Assembly (NCBI GenBank): GCA_964016885.1
Contig: OZ024740.1
Span: 49,104,001 to 49,168,000, forward strand
Direction of reading: 5' to 3'
Source of the DNA: Eledone cirrhosa
Taxonomy: Eukaryota
DNA: 64,000 nt
This document shows positions 39,401 through 50,834 of the stretch, piece after piece; the stretch's first letter is position 1; the number at the start of each line of letters is the position of its first letter. The position numbers were made by a program, and so were the translations under genes. Under the pieces are notes generated by a model. That model made no database searches and was not told the DNA's origin. It saw only the letters and a program-made list of their open reading frames with translations.

Positions 39401-42400
39401 GATTGCACATCTTATATCTTAATGAGTTGGTTTGGCAAAGGGAGTACTTAAATTTGTGTTGAGGATTCTATGAAAAAATATTTTAGTATGAGATAGTAAC
39501 TAAGTAAGTTAACTAAGATTAATTCAAACGGCTAATAAAACAAAAGAATCAGATATAGTATAATGAGAGAGAAATATTTTGTTTGCCCATTCATTATAGG
39601 TGAATATAGAACAGTATATTTGTTATTGATAGTGAATATGGTAAAGCATTGTTTGCAAAATGAAATCTTTGGTCAAAAAGATCAGGATTGTCTTTTCCTG
39701 ATATCAAACAAACTTTATCTGAATTTCTCAGCAACAATAAATATAAATTTTTGTTGACATAAACCACCCACCTGTACAAGCACAGTAACACAAAAAGTAA
39801 ATGTAGTTAGTGACTGGCAATCAAATAGAAACTATATAGGGTTTAAGAGGACCCTTCAGTTTAGATGTGTATGCAACAACCTCTTTAGTGCTGGTGCCAT
39901 GATAAAATGTAATGTTTACATCCTGTAAAGTGTTAATGATGGTGCCATGAAACATGTACCCAGTACACTCTGTCAAGTGGTAGTAGTGGTACCACAAAAA
40001 AATGCACCCAGTACATTCGGTAATGTTGTTGGTATTAGGAAGAGCATCCAGCCATAGAAACCATAACAAATATGGAACATATAAGGAAGTGGACATTAGA
40101 CATTTCCTCAGACTCTGTTATTTTATTTATTGTTTGATAGTTGAAGAAAATGTTAAGTCTATAAAGAAACATAGTATGTGAGCTTGAATTTTCAAACTTA
40201 CTCACAGGAAATAAATTTACAAGAATATGTAGGAAGCTCAGACGCAGAAAATAACAGTAATTAGTCAGTTGATATAAAATAGCTTATAGAAATTGGGTAA
40301 AAGACCCGTACAGATGGAAAAAAATGTTTCTCTGATGCCTGTAGTTTATATTTATTTCTTACTAATATTTTAAAAATTGTTTTTCTCTACCAGGTACTGA
40401 TAGTGGTAACAACATTTCTTATAACCCTTTGTTTCAAAATGAATGGCTTGAGGTATCAATTGCCAATGACCAGTTACAGGCTCCTAGTTACCCAGCTTAT
40501 ACAATGTCTGCCAGAAATACAGAATCAAAAGAGGATGGTAGCCACAAATCATCTAATAAGAAAACAAGTAAATATAATTTTTATTTATAATATATAATAA
40601 CTGAGGAGTTACTAAAAGCTATGGAACTTTTGTGAGTGTGTGTTTATATATATATCATCATTATCATCCTCATCACTGTTTAATGTCCATTTTCCATGGA
40701 CACAACATTTGATTCTTCTTATGACTAGTATCTCTCTCAGTTTGCTTATGCTTTGCCGTTCACGTATATTACTATTACACATCCATCAGAATATGCAAGC
40801 TTCATTTCTTTCCAACCTACGCAAGTCTTCTGCACACAGCGCCGGTGTCTCACAACCATGCAACATTGTTATTCGTATGCATGCATCATACAGTCTGCCT
40901 TTCATTTTGAGGGAAAAGCCTTTTGTAGCTAGCAGTGGCAGTAGCTCCCTGAACTTCTTCCATCCTGTTCTTACCTTAGTTATTGTACTTTCAGAACACC
41001 CACCTCCATTGCTAATTCAGTCACTCAGGTAGCAGAAGCTGTCTACTGTTTCTACAAAGCCCCCCCCCCCCCCCCCCCCCCCCAATTTGGTAGCGCTTGT
41101 TTCCTGCAGTCGTTTGCTGCTTACTGTCCTGTTGCAACTGCTACATGTGAAGCCTACATTCTTAGCTAAACTTCCTGAGATCCCACTACATCTCTTGTGT
41201 ACCCATATTTTGCATATGGGGCTGAGGATGGAGTTTCTACCTACACCTTTCCTACTTACTGAGCAAGGCTATTTCCCCGAGGGGATCTGGGTTCTGTTTT
41301 CTCTTCGACTTGGACCTTAGTCTTTGTCAGGTTGACTTTAAGACCCCTTCTTTCTAGTCCCTGCTTCCATGTTTGGAACTTCTCTAGTTCTACCATATAT
41401 TCAGCTATGAGTGTAAGATCATTTAAAAAGGTGATTGATACAATGGATATTATTGTTCAAGATAGTCTGAAAAAAAAAAAAGACTGGATGGATATGGGTG
41501 GAATATGTTTGATCATAGGTTTGTTCATTCATGGCTGATTTGAGGATAAATGTCAGTGACTTAATTACGTGGATGAGGAAGTCTCTGTGTGGTCACTCAG
41601 CCTGTTAAAAAAACAGCCAAATCAAACCCTGGCATCTTAAAAAAGGGAAAGGCACATTAGTTAATATAGTTATAGTTATCCTACCCCACCTCAATAATTG
41701 CATGGTCATGACTGGAGTGTCTTTGATAATATATTTCCAACAACAACAATGTATTCACTTGTTTTTTTTCTCTTATATTATTTTAAAAAAAAATCGTTAA
41801 AAGTTACTCAATAATTTTTTTCTTTATCAATTTATTTCAGTTAAAAATGAAATTTATAAATATTGTAATGTTGATGTTGACCCTAACAGAAAGAGTGATC
41901 GTGTAGAATGGGCAAGGGCAAAATACAGCTCAGGTTTCCATTCTAAATGTGCTTTTGAGTTAGAAGTCCAATGGATGGTGGCATCAGGTCCTGTCTTCGG
42001 TGAACTTGTAAGTATAAATATTTACCTTTCATTTTAGTATTGACTCTACACTATGACATTGGTCTCTAAATACTGTATCACAGTAACAGTGACTCTACAC
42101 TATGACATTGATCTATGACATACTATATCATAGTAATAGTGACCCTACACTAAGACATTGATCTATGACATACTGTATCACAGTAATAGTGACACTACAC
42201 TATGACATAGGTCTATTATATACTGTATCACAGCAATAGTGAACCATACTATGTATGGCATTGTATCACAGCATTGACACTGATCTATGACACTGATCTA
42301 TGACATATTACATTACCTCAGTAATACCTCTATAGTATCACACATAGTGTATTATCAGTACAACCTTACTGACTCTACCTAATTATGTATAGCTATAACA

Positions 42401-43946
42401 TTGATATATTACATATTATAACACTACAGTATCACACAGTGTATCATCATCACATTACTGACTGGAACCAAATATCTATAATTATGATATATCTAATATA
42501 TTACATCAACACAGTGATAACACTACAGTATGATATCCAATGTATCACCATCACAGTCTTACTCACTCTACCTGAATTCCAAATGTTATTTCATCTGATG
42601 CCTTACTAATTCTGCCTCTCTACTGTCTTTTTGGCTGTCAGATATATAATAATAATAATAATAATAATGAAATTATTGTGTACAGTGCTCATCAAAGGTG
42701 CATGTATAGTACATAGAATAATTGTTTCTACTTTAGGCACAAGGCCAGCAATTATCCAGTGCATTACTGGTACTTTATTTTATCGACCCCGTAAGGATGA
42801 AAGGCAAAGTCAACCTCGGCGTACAAATGTCAGGAAAGTGAATAGTGTATGAGTCATGATATACATGTGTGCGTGTGTTTGGAGGGGGGATATTAGGTGT
42901 AGTGTTGGCGAATCTCAGGAAGCTTGGAGGTTTTAAAGGATGCAGTGTTTCGACAGCTAACAACTGATGCAGGGAGTTTGTTCCATGCTTCAGCAACTCT
43001 GAGCATGAAAAAATGTTTCCGAAAGTCATGGGAGCTGTGCTGTTTTCTGACTTTGTTGGCATGCCCACGTGTGTTAGACACATGGAAATCAAAAAGGTAC
43101 TCAGGGTTGTTGTTGGCAAGATAGTTAATAATTTTGTGGGTGTTTACCAAGTCAGTTGAGCTGGAATTTGTTATAAGGAAATACCTTATTAGTGTTTGGT
43201 TTTGGGAGTGAAAGTATATTTTTACTTTTGAACTCCTGTTGCTGGTGCTGCTGGTTTTGGTGCTGTTGCTGGTTCTGCTGTTGCTATTGCTAGTGCTGCT
43301 GTTGCTACTGATGATGATGGTTATGGCTGGATGGATTGATGTAGATGTCTCTTGATAAATTTCTGAGGATATGTTTATGTGTGTTTCTTGATGTACATTT
43401 ATGTGTGTGCAATGTATCTATGTTTTGTTAGTATGTATATGGCTGTTGTTTTCTATCTGAGTACAATGCATGTATGTATATGTATGAATATTATATGCAT
43501 GCAGGTGTATGTAGTTTATATATATATCCGTTTGTGTTTATGGAATTGAATACATTCAAATGTAAGTGTGTATACGATTATACATATGTGTGTGTGTGTG
43601 ATCAGTGTCATCAGCTTACACCTGCTTTTCCATGTTGACATCAGTTGGACGAGTTGTTACAGACCAAGCCAATACTTAATTGGAGTTACTGTCCTTTAGG
43701 GGACTGCATCTCACTCAGATATGTTCCATTTTGGCATGATTTCTACATCTGGAAACTCTTCCTAATGTCAACCTCTTTACAGAGTGTACTGGGTACATCT
43801 TATCATAGCACCAGCATTAGAGAAGCTGCCTTATCATTGACTCAGCTGAAGAGTCCTCTTCACCCTTTTGGCATGATTGCTATGGGGATTATATATGTGT
43901 ATGTGATTGTATATCTGTGTGTTTTGTATATAACAGTGTAATTGTA

Positions 43947-43978
<32 letters not shown>

Positions 43979-44454
43979 TGCATTTACCTCAGTGTGCCTA
44001 TGTGACTATGTATGTTTATGTAACTATTTGTGTGTTTGTATGTGTAAATATGTGCATGTGTGTACAATTAACTGTCTGTATGTGTGTATCATTTCGTCCG
44101 CTTTTCCCTGCTTGCAAGGGTGGGACGGGAACTGATTCTGGCTTGATTTCTACAGCTGGATGCTCTTCCTAACACCAACCTCATAATTTACAGTGAGTGC
44201 TGGGTGCTCTTTTTCCGTGGCGCCTACACATCCACTTTACAGTGTGAGCTGGGTGCTTTCTTGCCATGGCACCTCCACGACCACTTTACAGTGGAATGAT
44301 AGGGACCCCAGTCCCTATCATCTCATTTCTACAGCTGAGTAAACTGGAGCAATGTGAAATAAAGTGTCTTGCTCAAGGAAACAACACATCACCCGGTCTG
44401 AGAATTGAACTCACAACCAAGACCGATGCTCTAACCACTAAGCCATGTGCCTCC

Positions 44455-44485
<31 letters not shown>

Positions 44486-47400
44486 TATATATATATGATA
44501 TGAAGCCATAACTTCTGAAGGAGCATTTTTAAGTTCCCCTCCAAGGCACAAGTCCGGGCAAGGTTTGTGGAAGTCCAGTAGTCTCCCCTCTCCACGCCAC
44601 CTATGTTGTCCAACGGAAAGGCAGTGGCTGATACAGCTTGGCACCAGTGATGTCGCAACTCATTTCTACAGCTATAGCTGAGTGAACACTAATAAAGTGT
44701 CTTGCTCAAGAATGCAACACAAAGCCCGGTTGGAGAATCAAACACACAACCTCACAATTGTAAGCCCAACTCTCTAACCACTAAGCCATACGCCTTCACA
44801 TATATACACACAGACATATATATATATGTATATATGTGTCAATGAAGAGTTCTTTATATCTGAACAGTTATTTCCTGCACCTGTTTTTTATTGAAAGAGA
44901 AGATAACCATTCATCTGCCTTGAAATAAATGTTTTTACTCCACACATCATGTATGTTTAATAAAATAATTAACAAAGCAACAACAATAACAACAACAATA
45001 ACAACAAAGCTACAACAATCTCTACACATCTCAGCTATTTCAGCTTTCTTTTCTTTCCTTATAGAGGGGCTTGTTTAACTATTCTGTTTATTTGATTCCT
45101 TGAGGCCAGAAATGTGTTAACATGACTAAAACTTGCCATCTGTTATTGCTGTTTACTGGCTAACAGCAACATCTGATATTGAGAAAAATAATCTGACATT
45201 GTGTTTGGGTGTGTGTGTGTGTGTACATGTGTGTGTTTGTGTGCGTCTTTGTGTGTGTGTACATGTATGTGTGTGTATGTGCAAGTTTTTACATGTGTGT
45301 GTGTGCATGTGTGCAACTTTGAGTATATGTGTGTGTTTGTAAGAGTGTGTGTGTGTATGAGTGCGCGCGCGCGCACACACACACGTGTATATGCAGCTGT
45401 GTGTGTGTATGAGTGCGCGCGCGCGCACACACACGTGTATATGCAGCTGTGTGTGTGTGTTTTGTAGGTCTTACTATTAATAACAGTATGGTCACTGCAT
45501 AGTGTGTGTTTGTGTATGTCCAGGTATGTTTGTATGTGCATGTATATGTGTATGTATGCATGGATGTGTTTGTGTGATTGTAGAAGATAGATCTCATTGA
45601 AATTAATTGGCAGCCATAAACAAGTGTGTGTGCGCGTGCATGTGTGTGTGTGTGTGCATGTGTGTTAGTTTTCTCAACGAACTTGAGATCTACAAATGTA
45701 TGCATAATGTATAGCAGATGTATGTCTGTGTGTATGTTGTTACAGGATCTGCTTTCAACAAAAATATGGTCATTGCATATTGTGTGTGTATGTGTGTGTA
45801 TATGTATGTGTGAGTGTGTGTGTGTGTGTATGTGTGTGTCTGTGTGTTCACTGGCCTGCTATAAACATCATTGTTATTATATAGTTACACCACAACTGTG
45901 TTCAAGTTCTTTAATAATGATTTCTTTCTTTGGCACAAGGTCACCTTTTTCTAGGAGACATACAATTACTGTATATACATGAATATAAGCCGAGGAATAT
46001 GTGACCAAAATATTTATAGTAGAAGTGGAGCCAGCTTATATTCAGTGTCAATATTTTAATAATTTTCACTGACTTCAAATTTTATGTAAAAGGTTTGGAT
46101 TTTTGCCCATTTCTCAGACATAAAATAGTAGGATCAGTTTATATTTGTATTGGCTTATATTCAAATACATACAGTAATTATATTTCTTTCTGCAATTATA
46201 ACTGGTACTTAACTTTTATTAACCTCTGTCTCCATACAGGGGGAAGTAGAATAAAGTAGAATAAAGCAGACCAGGACTGAATTTTAACAAGGATTGTAAA
46301 AGAATAAAACAAAACATTGAAAATCATTTTAGTCCAGTGTTCTACCGCTTTTATGAACTCGTCAAATTTAATATGTCTCCTCTTGAGTTGTAAAAGGTTA
46401 ATAGATCACCAGTGATTTTTATGATGACTGTTTCAATTGTTTGGTGAATGGAATGGTCTATTTATTAATTTATGCCTGGCTGCTTCCCCTTTGCACTGGT
46501 CGCTGTCAAAACCTCAGGTGTACTTGGACTCCATACTGCCGAGCTCCACCGCAAGATTGGAACATCAGGAAGGAGCCCCATGAGGTGGGGTGGCTGTTGC
46601 AGCGTGTGTCACTGGGTATTGTCTGCAGGAATTCTTTTTCGGTCTTGTCCGTGGGGTGCAGCCCCAATAATACTGCACCCTATGCCTAGAGCCCATCATC
46701 CTCCCCTTTCCCCTTCCCATTCTTTTGTTACTCTAGATCCCTTGCCTTGCCCTTCCTTTTCCATTTTCATAACCACAAAAGACACTTGCATTTTTTTTAT
46801 TAAATTAACATGTAAACAACTGAACATTCTACATATGTGTAGCCTTAATATAATTCTCAGGGAGATTCAACATGACTAGATGTGTGATAAGACTGAAAAG
46901 ATACAGTCTATCTGACATGTTTCCAAACAGTTTCTGTCCACAAAATTTTATTCACAAGGCTTGGGTCAACCTGAGGCTATGGTAAAAGATACTTGTTCAA
47001 GATGCTACACAGTGAGATCAAATCTTGAACCTCATGATTGTGAAGCACATTTCTTAACCATTCAACCATGCTGCATCCACATTTTTGAATTCTAATAGCA
47101 CAAATGTTGTCTGAGAACCTTTAAGTAGTTACTTAACCCTTTAGCATTTAAACCGGTCATATCTGGCCAGAATTCTCTCACCTTTTTCTGTTCAAACTGG
47201 TCATAACCGACTGCTCATACTAATGTTAAAGTATTGTTCTCAAAATAAATAACATCAAAATCTCATAAATTCGATATTTTGTGAGATAATTATGTAAGAT
47301 AAAGCCTTTACCACAAAAATACAATAGTATATATAGAATAATGTAAATGCTAAAGGGTTAACCTGTTGAAACCAATAAAAGAAATAAAAAAAAACATTAT

Positions 47401-48102
47401 ATTAGCTTTTGGTTTTTATTGTGATTGTATTATGTATGATTAAGTGTCAGAAAATTACACCATACTGTCACAGCTTGGTTACTAATACTCTATTCCACTA
47501 TATTGGTTTTCTTTTATTTGTCTTATTTATCATCAAAATATTTGTATTCTTTTCAGATTTACACGTGGTCTCGTAAAACCCAGAATGGTGGGTTCCATCT
47601 CTTACCTGTACCACTGGATCCATTTGCTTTCCCTCTGTGGCCTCAATCTGACCCTCTAAGAGGACCATTTACAATAAAAATGGATCTCTCTTGTATTGAA
47701 AGCTTATCATCAGGATGTCTTCAAGGTGAGCTATTCTGTTGACTAATATAACACATCCACTTGAATTCACACAAAGACCCAACTTCCCACGGGTACAAGC
47801 AGAACCTGAAGCATATAGACAGTACCCCCCCCCCCCCCCACACACACACTGTAAAGTAGTCCTTTAGGTGTCATGACAAAAAAGCACCCAGTCCACACTG
47901 TAAAGTGGACATGTAGGTGCCACGGTAAAAAAGCACCCAGTACTCACTGTAAATGAGGATGGTGTTAGGAAGGGTATCCATCTGTAGAAATCAAACCAAA
48001 ATCAGTTCTGTATGAGCAAGACATGGTCACCTGACCTGGCATTGCCCACAACAGGACAACTCGTCTAACCCATGCTAGCATGGATGAATGGACGTAAAAC
48101 GG

Positions 48103-48133
<31 letters not shown>

Positions 48134-50354
48134 AAGGATGATGTACCTGCACACACACATATTCATATAGTTTTGTTTGATGCTTTACAGATTTTGCCTT
48201 CTGCAGCAGTAGTGATAATAATTATAAATTTAATTCAGTATTTAGTATGTTTATATGACAATAAATAAAAGTCTAACATCAACAAAGTTAACGACTATGT
48301 GTCATCATCACCGTTTTACGTCCGTTTTTCCATGCTAGCATGGGTTAGAAGGGGTGTCCTGTTGTGGGCAGTGTCCAGTCGTCTGATGACGTCTTGTTCA
48401 TATAGAAACTGATTCTGGCTTCATTTCTACAGCTGGATTCCCTTTCTAACACCAACCTCATTTACAGTGAGTGCTGGGTGCTTTTTTGCTGTGGTACCTC
48501 CACGACCACTTTGCAGTGTGGGCTGGGTGCTTTTTTGTCGTTTCACCTCCATGACCACTTTGCAGTGGGAGGGGGTGGGGTCATATTGTCTGTATGCTTC
48601 AGCTTCGGCTTATTCCTGTGGGAAGTCGGGTCTTCTGTTTTACTGCTTGACGCTAGAGGTCACGGTTGTGTGTCATCACCCTGAGAGATGCAATTGGGTA
48701 AGGTTGGCTTTTATCACCTCATCCCAGGTCTTCTTGGGTCTCCCCACTCCACGGCTTCCATTGACTTATAGTGCTCTGCACCTATGTGTAGGTGTGATTA
48801 TACAAATACTCTTTTTTCTAACATCTGACAAATGTTGCAAGCTCTATTTCTTTCATTTTTTTTTCTTCTCTTTTTAGGGAAAGATTTTAATGAAACTTCA
48901 AAAATCATCTTGAAATTTCAGTCAGCAGTTGTGAAAAGGTAATATTCTCTAGTGATTTTTAAAGATTTATTCTAGAAAAAAAATCTGGGAATAGGCTGAA
49001 TGGAGAAATACCTGGTTCTCTTCATTTAGTTCTGGTAATGTGTCTAGAAATACATTATCCAATGTATCCTTCCATTATGAAGATGGTAGGCTAAAAGTTG
49101 AAGAAAATGTGGCTGCTATTTCTAGCATGATAAACAACCACCTAATAGCTCCTTTGTTGATTCATCCACACCATTTATTGATCTTGTATATAAATAGATT
49201 CAGAAGTGTGGCAATAAATGTAGATCCATTTAAATATGCAATAACATGGCACTTACATTTTATCATTTTTATATTGAGACTATTACTTTAGAATCTGTAC
49301 AATATTTATATTTATCATAACTTAATCTATTTTTATTGTTGAAACTGTTTACACTTTAAATACCAAAAATGTCTGTGAAACAATATTTGCTGTAAGTCTA
49401 TAGCTCTTTCCATTTCTTAAGACTCTCGGTTCCTGATCACTAAGTTTTCTTTTTTTTATAGCAATTGAGATTTTAGTGTAATAGTGAAATTATATAATAA
49501 TAATGTCGTAAAATTCGTAAAAGATAAACTCTTTTGTCACATGTTTCATAAATGGTCCCAGAATATTTTTATTGCAAAAGTTTGAGAAATGTTCTAGAGC
49601 TCCTTTACCATATCTCAGAATTCCATTGTTATATCTGTTCGATAAATCATTCTAGAATTGAAGATTATTTAAATCTACACTCAATATTCATATTTTAAAG
49701 CTTAGCCTGGTTGCTGTTCATTTTAGTGATTATTTATCTTTCTTTTTTCAGTTCTCATAATATAATTTATTTCTTCTCTCTCTTTTTCTCTTTCTAGTTT
49801 AATTACACAAATTATATGAAAGGCACAAACTAGCTTATGTTCTTTCTATTTGACTATGTTCTACTGCAGTCACATTTTATGTTTATTTTGAATTATTTCA
49901 TCCTGTTATATATTTAACTTTCAGATTCGGTTTCATTACTGTGAAGGTGCAGAACGATGACAGTCAATCTCCTTGGTACTGTATTGAAGTTGAGCAGTAT
50001 ATTCACTGTTCTGGAGGGATGTTCATCATACTCTCAACCATTGAAAATCTCTGTAAACTTGGTACCAAACAAAGGACAGCTCGTTCCTCCCCTCAAGCAT
50101 CTGAAACTGCTGTAAATTACATTGACCACAGTGGTAACCTAGGTCATGAACAGAATTCTCTGTCAGCACACTTTCCGATTCTATGGTCATGGAACCATAT
50201 GCTATCTAAACGATGGCGCACACCATTCACTGGAGATGAATTCTTTCAAGATAAAGTCCTTTTGGACTTCAAAAAATTTTGTAACAACAATGAAAACCGA
50301 CTTGTAAATTTCTGGAATGAATTTTACTCAACTTATTCTTCTGAGGTTACCTGA
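7122..50354 (+). CDS. DEPDC5: GATOR complex protein DEPDC5/Iml1, 3' portion (16 exons, about 770 aa; 5' exons lie outside the window)
   Basis: Spliced by hand: 7122-7266, 7514-7607, 10458-10565, 17380-17465, 18894-19068, 23600-23673, 25175-25304, 26654-26856, 29174-29248, 30137-30269, 38123-38219, 40394-40567, 41841-42007, 47557-47725, 48878-48938, 49925-50354. All introns GT-AG, phases consistent, 2321 nt. Recognisable DEPDC5 motifs: [62 protein letters not shown] domain, [17 protein letters not shown]...RLVNFW. Confidence 0.95.
7514..7607 (+). CDS. DEPDC5: DEPDC5 exon
   Basis: caacag|T CTA CCA...TCA CAG|gttgag; [31 protein letters not shown]. Confidence 0.92.
7903..8259. mobile_element. 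hAT (Charlie-like) MITE
   Basis: TIRs CAGAGGTTCCCAAACTT / AAGTTTGGAAAGCCTG; 8-bp target duplication CTCTATAC / CTCCATAC. Confidence 0.8.
8290..9710 (+). mobile_element. Older 5'-truncated PHD-RTE LINE with stops
   Basis: RT (LYADDL), decayed Cys finger, MLHGSE, tail GGACGTAAAAACGATGA. Confidence 0.88.
10458..10565 (+). CDS. DEPDC5: DEPDC5 exon
   Basis: atatag|GGT TTT CAA...GAC TCG|gtaagt; [36 protein letters not shown]. Confidence 0.92.
11112..11560 (-). repeat. 3' LTR
   Basis: tgtggtaaaatgg...cttactaca; matches 16867-17318. Confidence 0.95.
11755..14903 (-). pseudogene. pol: Retrotransposon pol (PR-RT-RNaseH-IN), disrupted
   Basis: LVDTGA protease, YIDDLL RT, DASD and TDHKPL RNase H, HHCC and integrase core; frameshift near 13600 and TGA at 12397-12399 (ERFH*QLK). 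Confidence 0.92.
14879..15655 (-). CDS. gag: Retrotransposon gag (open frame)
   Basis: [21 protein letters not shown]...[13 protein letters not shown]...[18 protein letters not shown] (C-X2-H-X9-C-X3-C). Confidence 0.88.
   Translation of the reverse strand: MNAPHLPIFTGKPKLWFAQLQAYFMVCKTESDQRLTVLISGLPPNLADSVQDLITDPPSDLTYESLKGEILRRNCKSVESRFRSLIEDERLGDRTPTAFLRHLRDLSDSQDQDSPFLKQLFFSRLPQEVQAILAHMLEVNTLDHIAVSAYKTVEVTKRDTSKPKYVASSSLPQSRSSASDDKLVTTMEAMTRHMAELCQEFRSFGRQRSRSRTYSTPRHCSPSKTPKPPYCYYHDKYGDKAARCRLPCAYMGNDDQSH
15819..16363 (+). mobile_element. Short internally deleted RTE LINE nested in the LTR element leader
   Basis: [12 protein letters not shown]...GELAL fused directly to [12 protein letters not shown], then 3' UTR and (GAT)n tail. 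Confidence 0.85.
16853..16865 (-). promoter_or_regulatory. Primer binding site, tRNA-Trp-like
   Basis: Minus strand TGGTGACCGACGT one nt after the LTR; resembles the complement of the tRNA-Trp 3' end (TGGTGACCCCGACGT) lacking 2 nt. Confidence 0.7.
16867..17318 (-). repeat. 5' LTR
   Basis: Adjacent to the PBS on the minus strand. Confidence 0.95.
17380..17465 (+). CDS. DEPDC5: DEPDC5 exon
   Basis: ttgcag|GAA ATT TGT...CCA CG|gtaatt; [29 protein letters not shown]. Confidence 0.92.
17860..18453 (-). mobile_element. mariner transposon relic (5' end plus N-terminal HTH)
   Basis: [27 protein letters not shown]...[28 protein letters not shown]; terminus TATGAGGGGTGACTGAAAAGCTTT on the minus strand. 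Confidence 0.85.
18894..19068 (+). CDS. DEPDC5: DEPDC5 exon
   Basis: tggcag|C CAT CCA...ACA AAG|gtactg; [58 protein letters not shown]. Confidence 0.93.
19398..22108 (+). mobile_element. 5'-truncated PHD-RTE LINE with (GAT)n tail in an (AT)n site
   Basis: End of APE (VDYIL, SQHRL), RT, CSVC..CPKC..HKRC..CGRC finger; internal deletion near 20728 and frameshifts. Confidence 0.94.
23600..23673 (+). CDS. DEPDC5: DEPDC5 exon
   Basis: tttcag|ATT CTA AAA TAC TGG...GCT GG|gtatat; [25 protein letters not shown]. Confidence 0.9.
23952..24423 (+). mobile_element. RTE LINE 3' fragment
   Basis: [20 protein letters not shown]...[10 protein letters not shown]; (GAT)n tail. Confidence 0.85.
25175..25304 (+). 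CDS. DEPDC5: DEPDC5 exon
   Basis: ttgtag|T TCT GAA...ACT AAG|gtttgc; [43 protein letters not shown]. Confidence 0.9.
26654..26856 (+). CDS. DEPDC5: DEPDC5 exon, Ala/Ser-rich linker
   Basis: ttgcag|GCA TCT AAT...GAT TG|gttagt; its phase 0 to 2 bridges the flanking exons; poly-Ala tract. Confidence 0.8.
27105..29052 (-). mobile_element. Decayed RTE LINE of a different family (no Cys finger in RT)
   Basis: IDFVIVSD and STDHHLV (APE), [31 protein letters not shown]. Confidence 0.88.
29174..29248 (+). CDS. DEPDC5: DEPDC5 exon (tandem TAGTAG acceptor; alternative start 29177)
   Basis: atgtag|T AGC CTG...CCC AA|gtaaga; [25 protein letters not shown] leads into the DEP domain. Confidence 0.85.
30137..30269 (+). 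CDS. DEPDC5: DEPDC5 exon, DEP domain N-half
   Basis: tttcag|A ACT GGA...CTT CAG|gtagtg; [44 protein letters not shown]. Confidence 0.92.
31399..33512 (-). mobile_element. 5'-truncated PHD-RTE LINE
   Basis: (cat)n tail at 31399; ORFs 31791-32723 and 32960-33510 are RT; 5' end abuts (TA)n. Confidence 0.93.
33529..34080. mobile_element. pogo/Tigger-like DNA transposon end fragment
   Basis: TA|CAGTTGTCCCTTGGCATTCGCGG terminus resembles Tigger-type TIRs; no second TIR found; right boundary approximate. Confidence 0.5.
34100..37623 (+). mobile_element. Near full-length PHD-RTE LINE with internal inversion (36675-37590)
   Basis: APE+RT on + to GKWPCSVCR, then a minus-strand C-terminal segment, then + tail GGACGTTAAAC(GAT)n; 5' boundary approximate. 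Confidence 0.9.
38123..38219 (+). CDS. DEPDC5: DEPDC5 exon, DEP domain C-half
   Basis: tttcag|TCT TTT GTT...GAA G|gtacac; [32 protein letters not shown]. Confidence 0.9.
38287..38508. mobile_element. TTAA-flanked MITE (copy 2 of 3)
   Basis: Homologous to 6606-6826; TTAA on both sides. Confidence 0.75.
38866..39056 (+). mobile_element. tRNA-derived SINE (other copies or fragments near 7279-7352, 42718-42820, 53429-53617, 62306-62404, 63603-63690)
   Basis: A-box-like TGGCAGTATCAG, B box GAGTTCAAATCC, body TTTGCCTTTCATCC..GGTCGATAAAATAAAGTACCAG (Deu/Nin-domain-like), end GGCCTTGTGCCAAAAGTAGAAACAATTA. Confidence 0.8.
40394..40567 (+). CDS. DEPDC5: DEPDC5 exon
   Basis: taccag|GT ACT GAT...ACA A|gtaaat; contains FQNEWLEVS. 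Confidence 0.88.
40655..41421 (-). mobile_element. PHD-RTE LINE fragment, internally deleted
   Basis: Minus strand matches the RT C-terminus and Cys finger, joined to the tail. Confidence 0.8.
41841..42007 (+). CDS. DEPDC5: DEPDC5 exon, C-terminal domain
   Basis: tttcag|TT AAA AAT...GAA CTT|gtaagt; [45 protein letters not shown]. Confidence 0.93.
42040..42320. repeat. About 50-bp tandem minisatellite (ACTCTACACTATGACATTGATCTATGACATACTGTATCACAGTAATAGTG)
   Basis: 4-5 degenerate units just after a DEPDC5 donor site. Confidence 0.8.
42820..43160 (-). mobile_element. CR1/L2-type LINE 3' end
   Basis: [39 protein letters not shown] is a typical CR1-group ORF2 C-terminus. Confidence 0.8.
44318..44778 (-). 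mobile_element. Two tRNA-head CORE-like SINE copies (about 44318-44454 and 44500-44778)
   Basis: Minus strand TGGCTTAGTGGTTAGAG A box, followed by TTGAGCAAGACACTTTATT CORE-like motif. Confidence 0.65.
45969..46174. mobile_element. Tc1/pogo-type MITE
   Basis: TA|CTGTATATACATGAATATAAGCC...GGCTTATATTCAAATACATACAG|TA. Confidence 0.7.
46470..46690 (+). mobile_element. CRE-like non-LTR retrotransposon 3' fragment
   Basis: Frameshifted [16 protein letters not shown] then [25 protein letters not shown] resembles the QRxSxxxxRGN C-terminus of restriction-like-endonuclease elements. Confidence 0.55.
47137..47357. mobile_element. TTAA-flanked MITE (copy 3 of 3, opposite orientation)
   Basis: TTAA|CCCTTTAGCATTTA...TAAATGCTAAAGGG|TTAA. 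Confidence 0.85.
47557..47725 (+). CDS. DEPDC5: DEPDC5 exon
   Basis: tttcag|ATT TAC ACG TGG...CAA G|gtgagc; [37 protein letters not shown]. Confidence 0.93.
47775..48131 (+). mobile_element. RTE LINE 3' UTR fragment with (GAT)n tail
   Basis: Matches about 16035-16363. Confidence 0.8.
48302..48780 (-). mobile_element. RTE LINE 3' end, inverted relative to 47775-48131
   Basis: (cat)n tail at 48302; [15 protein letters not shown] on the minus strand. Confidence 0.8.
48878..48938 (+). CDS. DEPDC5: DEPDC5 exon
   Basis: ttttag|GG AAA GAT...AAA AG|gtaata; [21 protein letters not shown]. Confidence 0.87.
49925..50354 (+). CDS. DEPDC5: DEPDC5 terminal coding exon
   Basis: tttcag|A TTC GGT TTC...ACC TGA; [11 protein letters not shown]...[44 protein letters not shown]. 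Confidence 0.95.
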
Positions 50355-50828
50355 CCAGAGAAATGAAATTTATGAATTTAATTTGGTTGCGATTGTTTAG
50401 TGCTGACTGTACAGATTACTTATTAATTATGAAAATTATCAGTATTTAACAAAAGTCCTATTATGGAGATGTATATTGTTTCCCCCAGATTTGTAAAATA
50501 ATTAAATTATCTTTGCGTTTCAAAAAAAAAGAGAAAAAAGAAAATAAGAAGAAAATTGTAAAAAGTGATAGCATGGAAAATTTATAAAGGAAACAATGTA
50601 CCGGTGCTGGGAATGGTTTCTCTGGAAGTATGGAACCTTCTGAAGAGGATTTGTTCTGATTATTGTGCTCTGGCAGTTTAAAAAGTCTGAGCAGTTATGT
50701 TAATCTGCTATTATCATAGGTAAAGCTGTTATAATTTCTCTTGATTATAAATTATTCTGAATATTTAACATACTTTTTTTTCTGATTACAAAAATTGATT
50801 AAAAATTTTTTAATTAAGAATTTAAATT

Positions 50829-50834
50829 AATAAA
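50829..50834 (+). promoter_or_regulatory. Candidate DEPDC5 polyadenylation signal AATAAA
   Basis: AATAAA about 475 nt after the stop, with ATTAAA variants nearby; AT-rich context weakens the inference. Confidence 0.4.
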
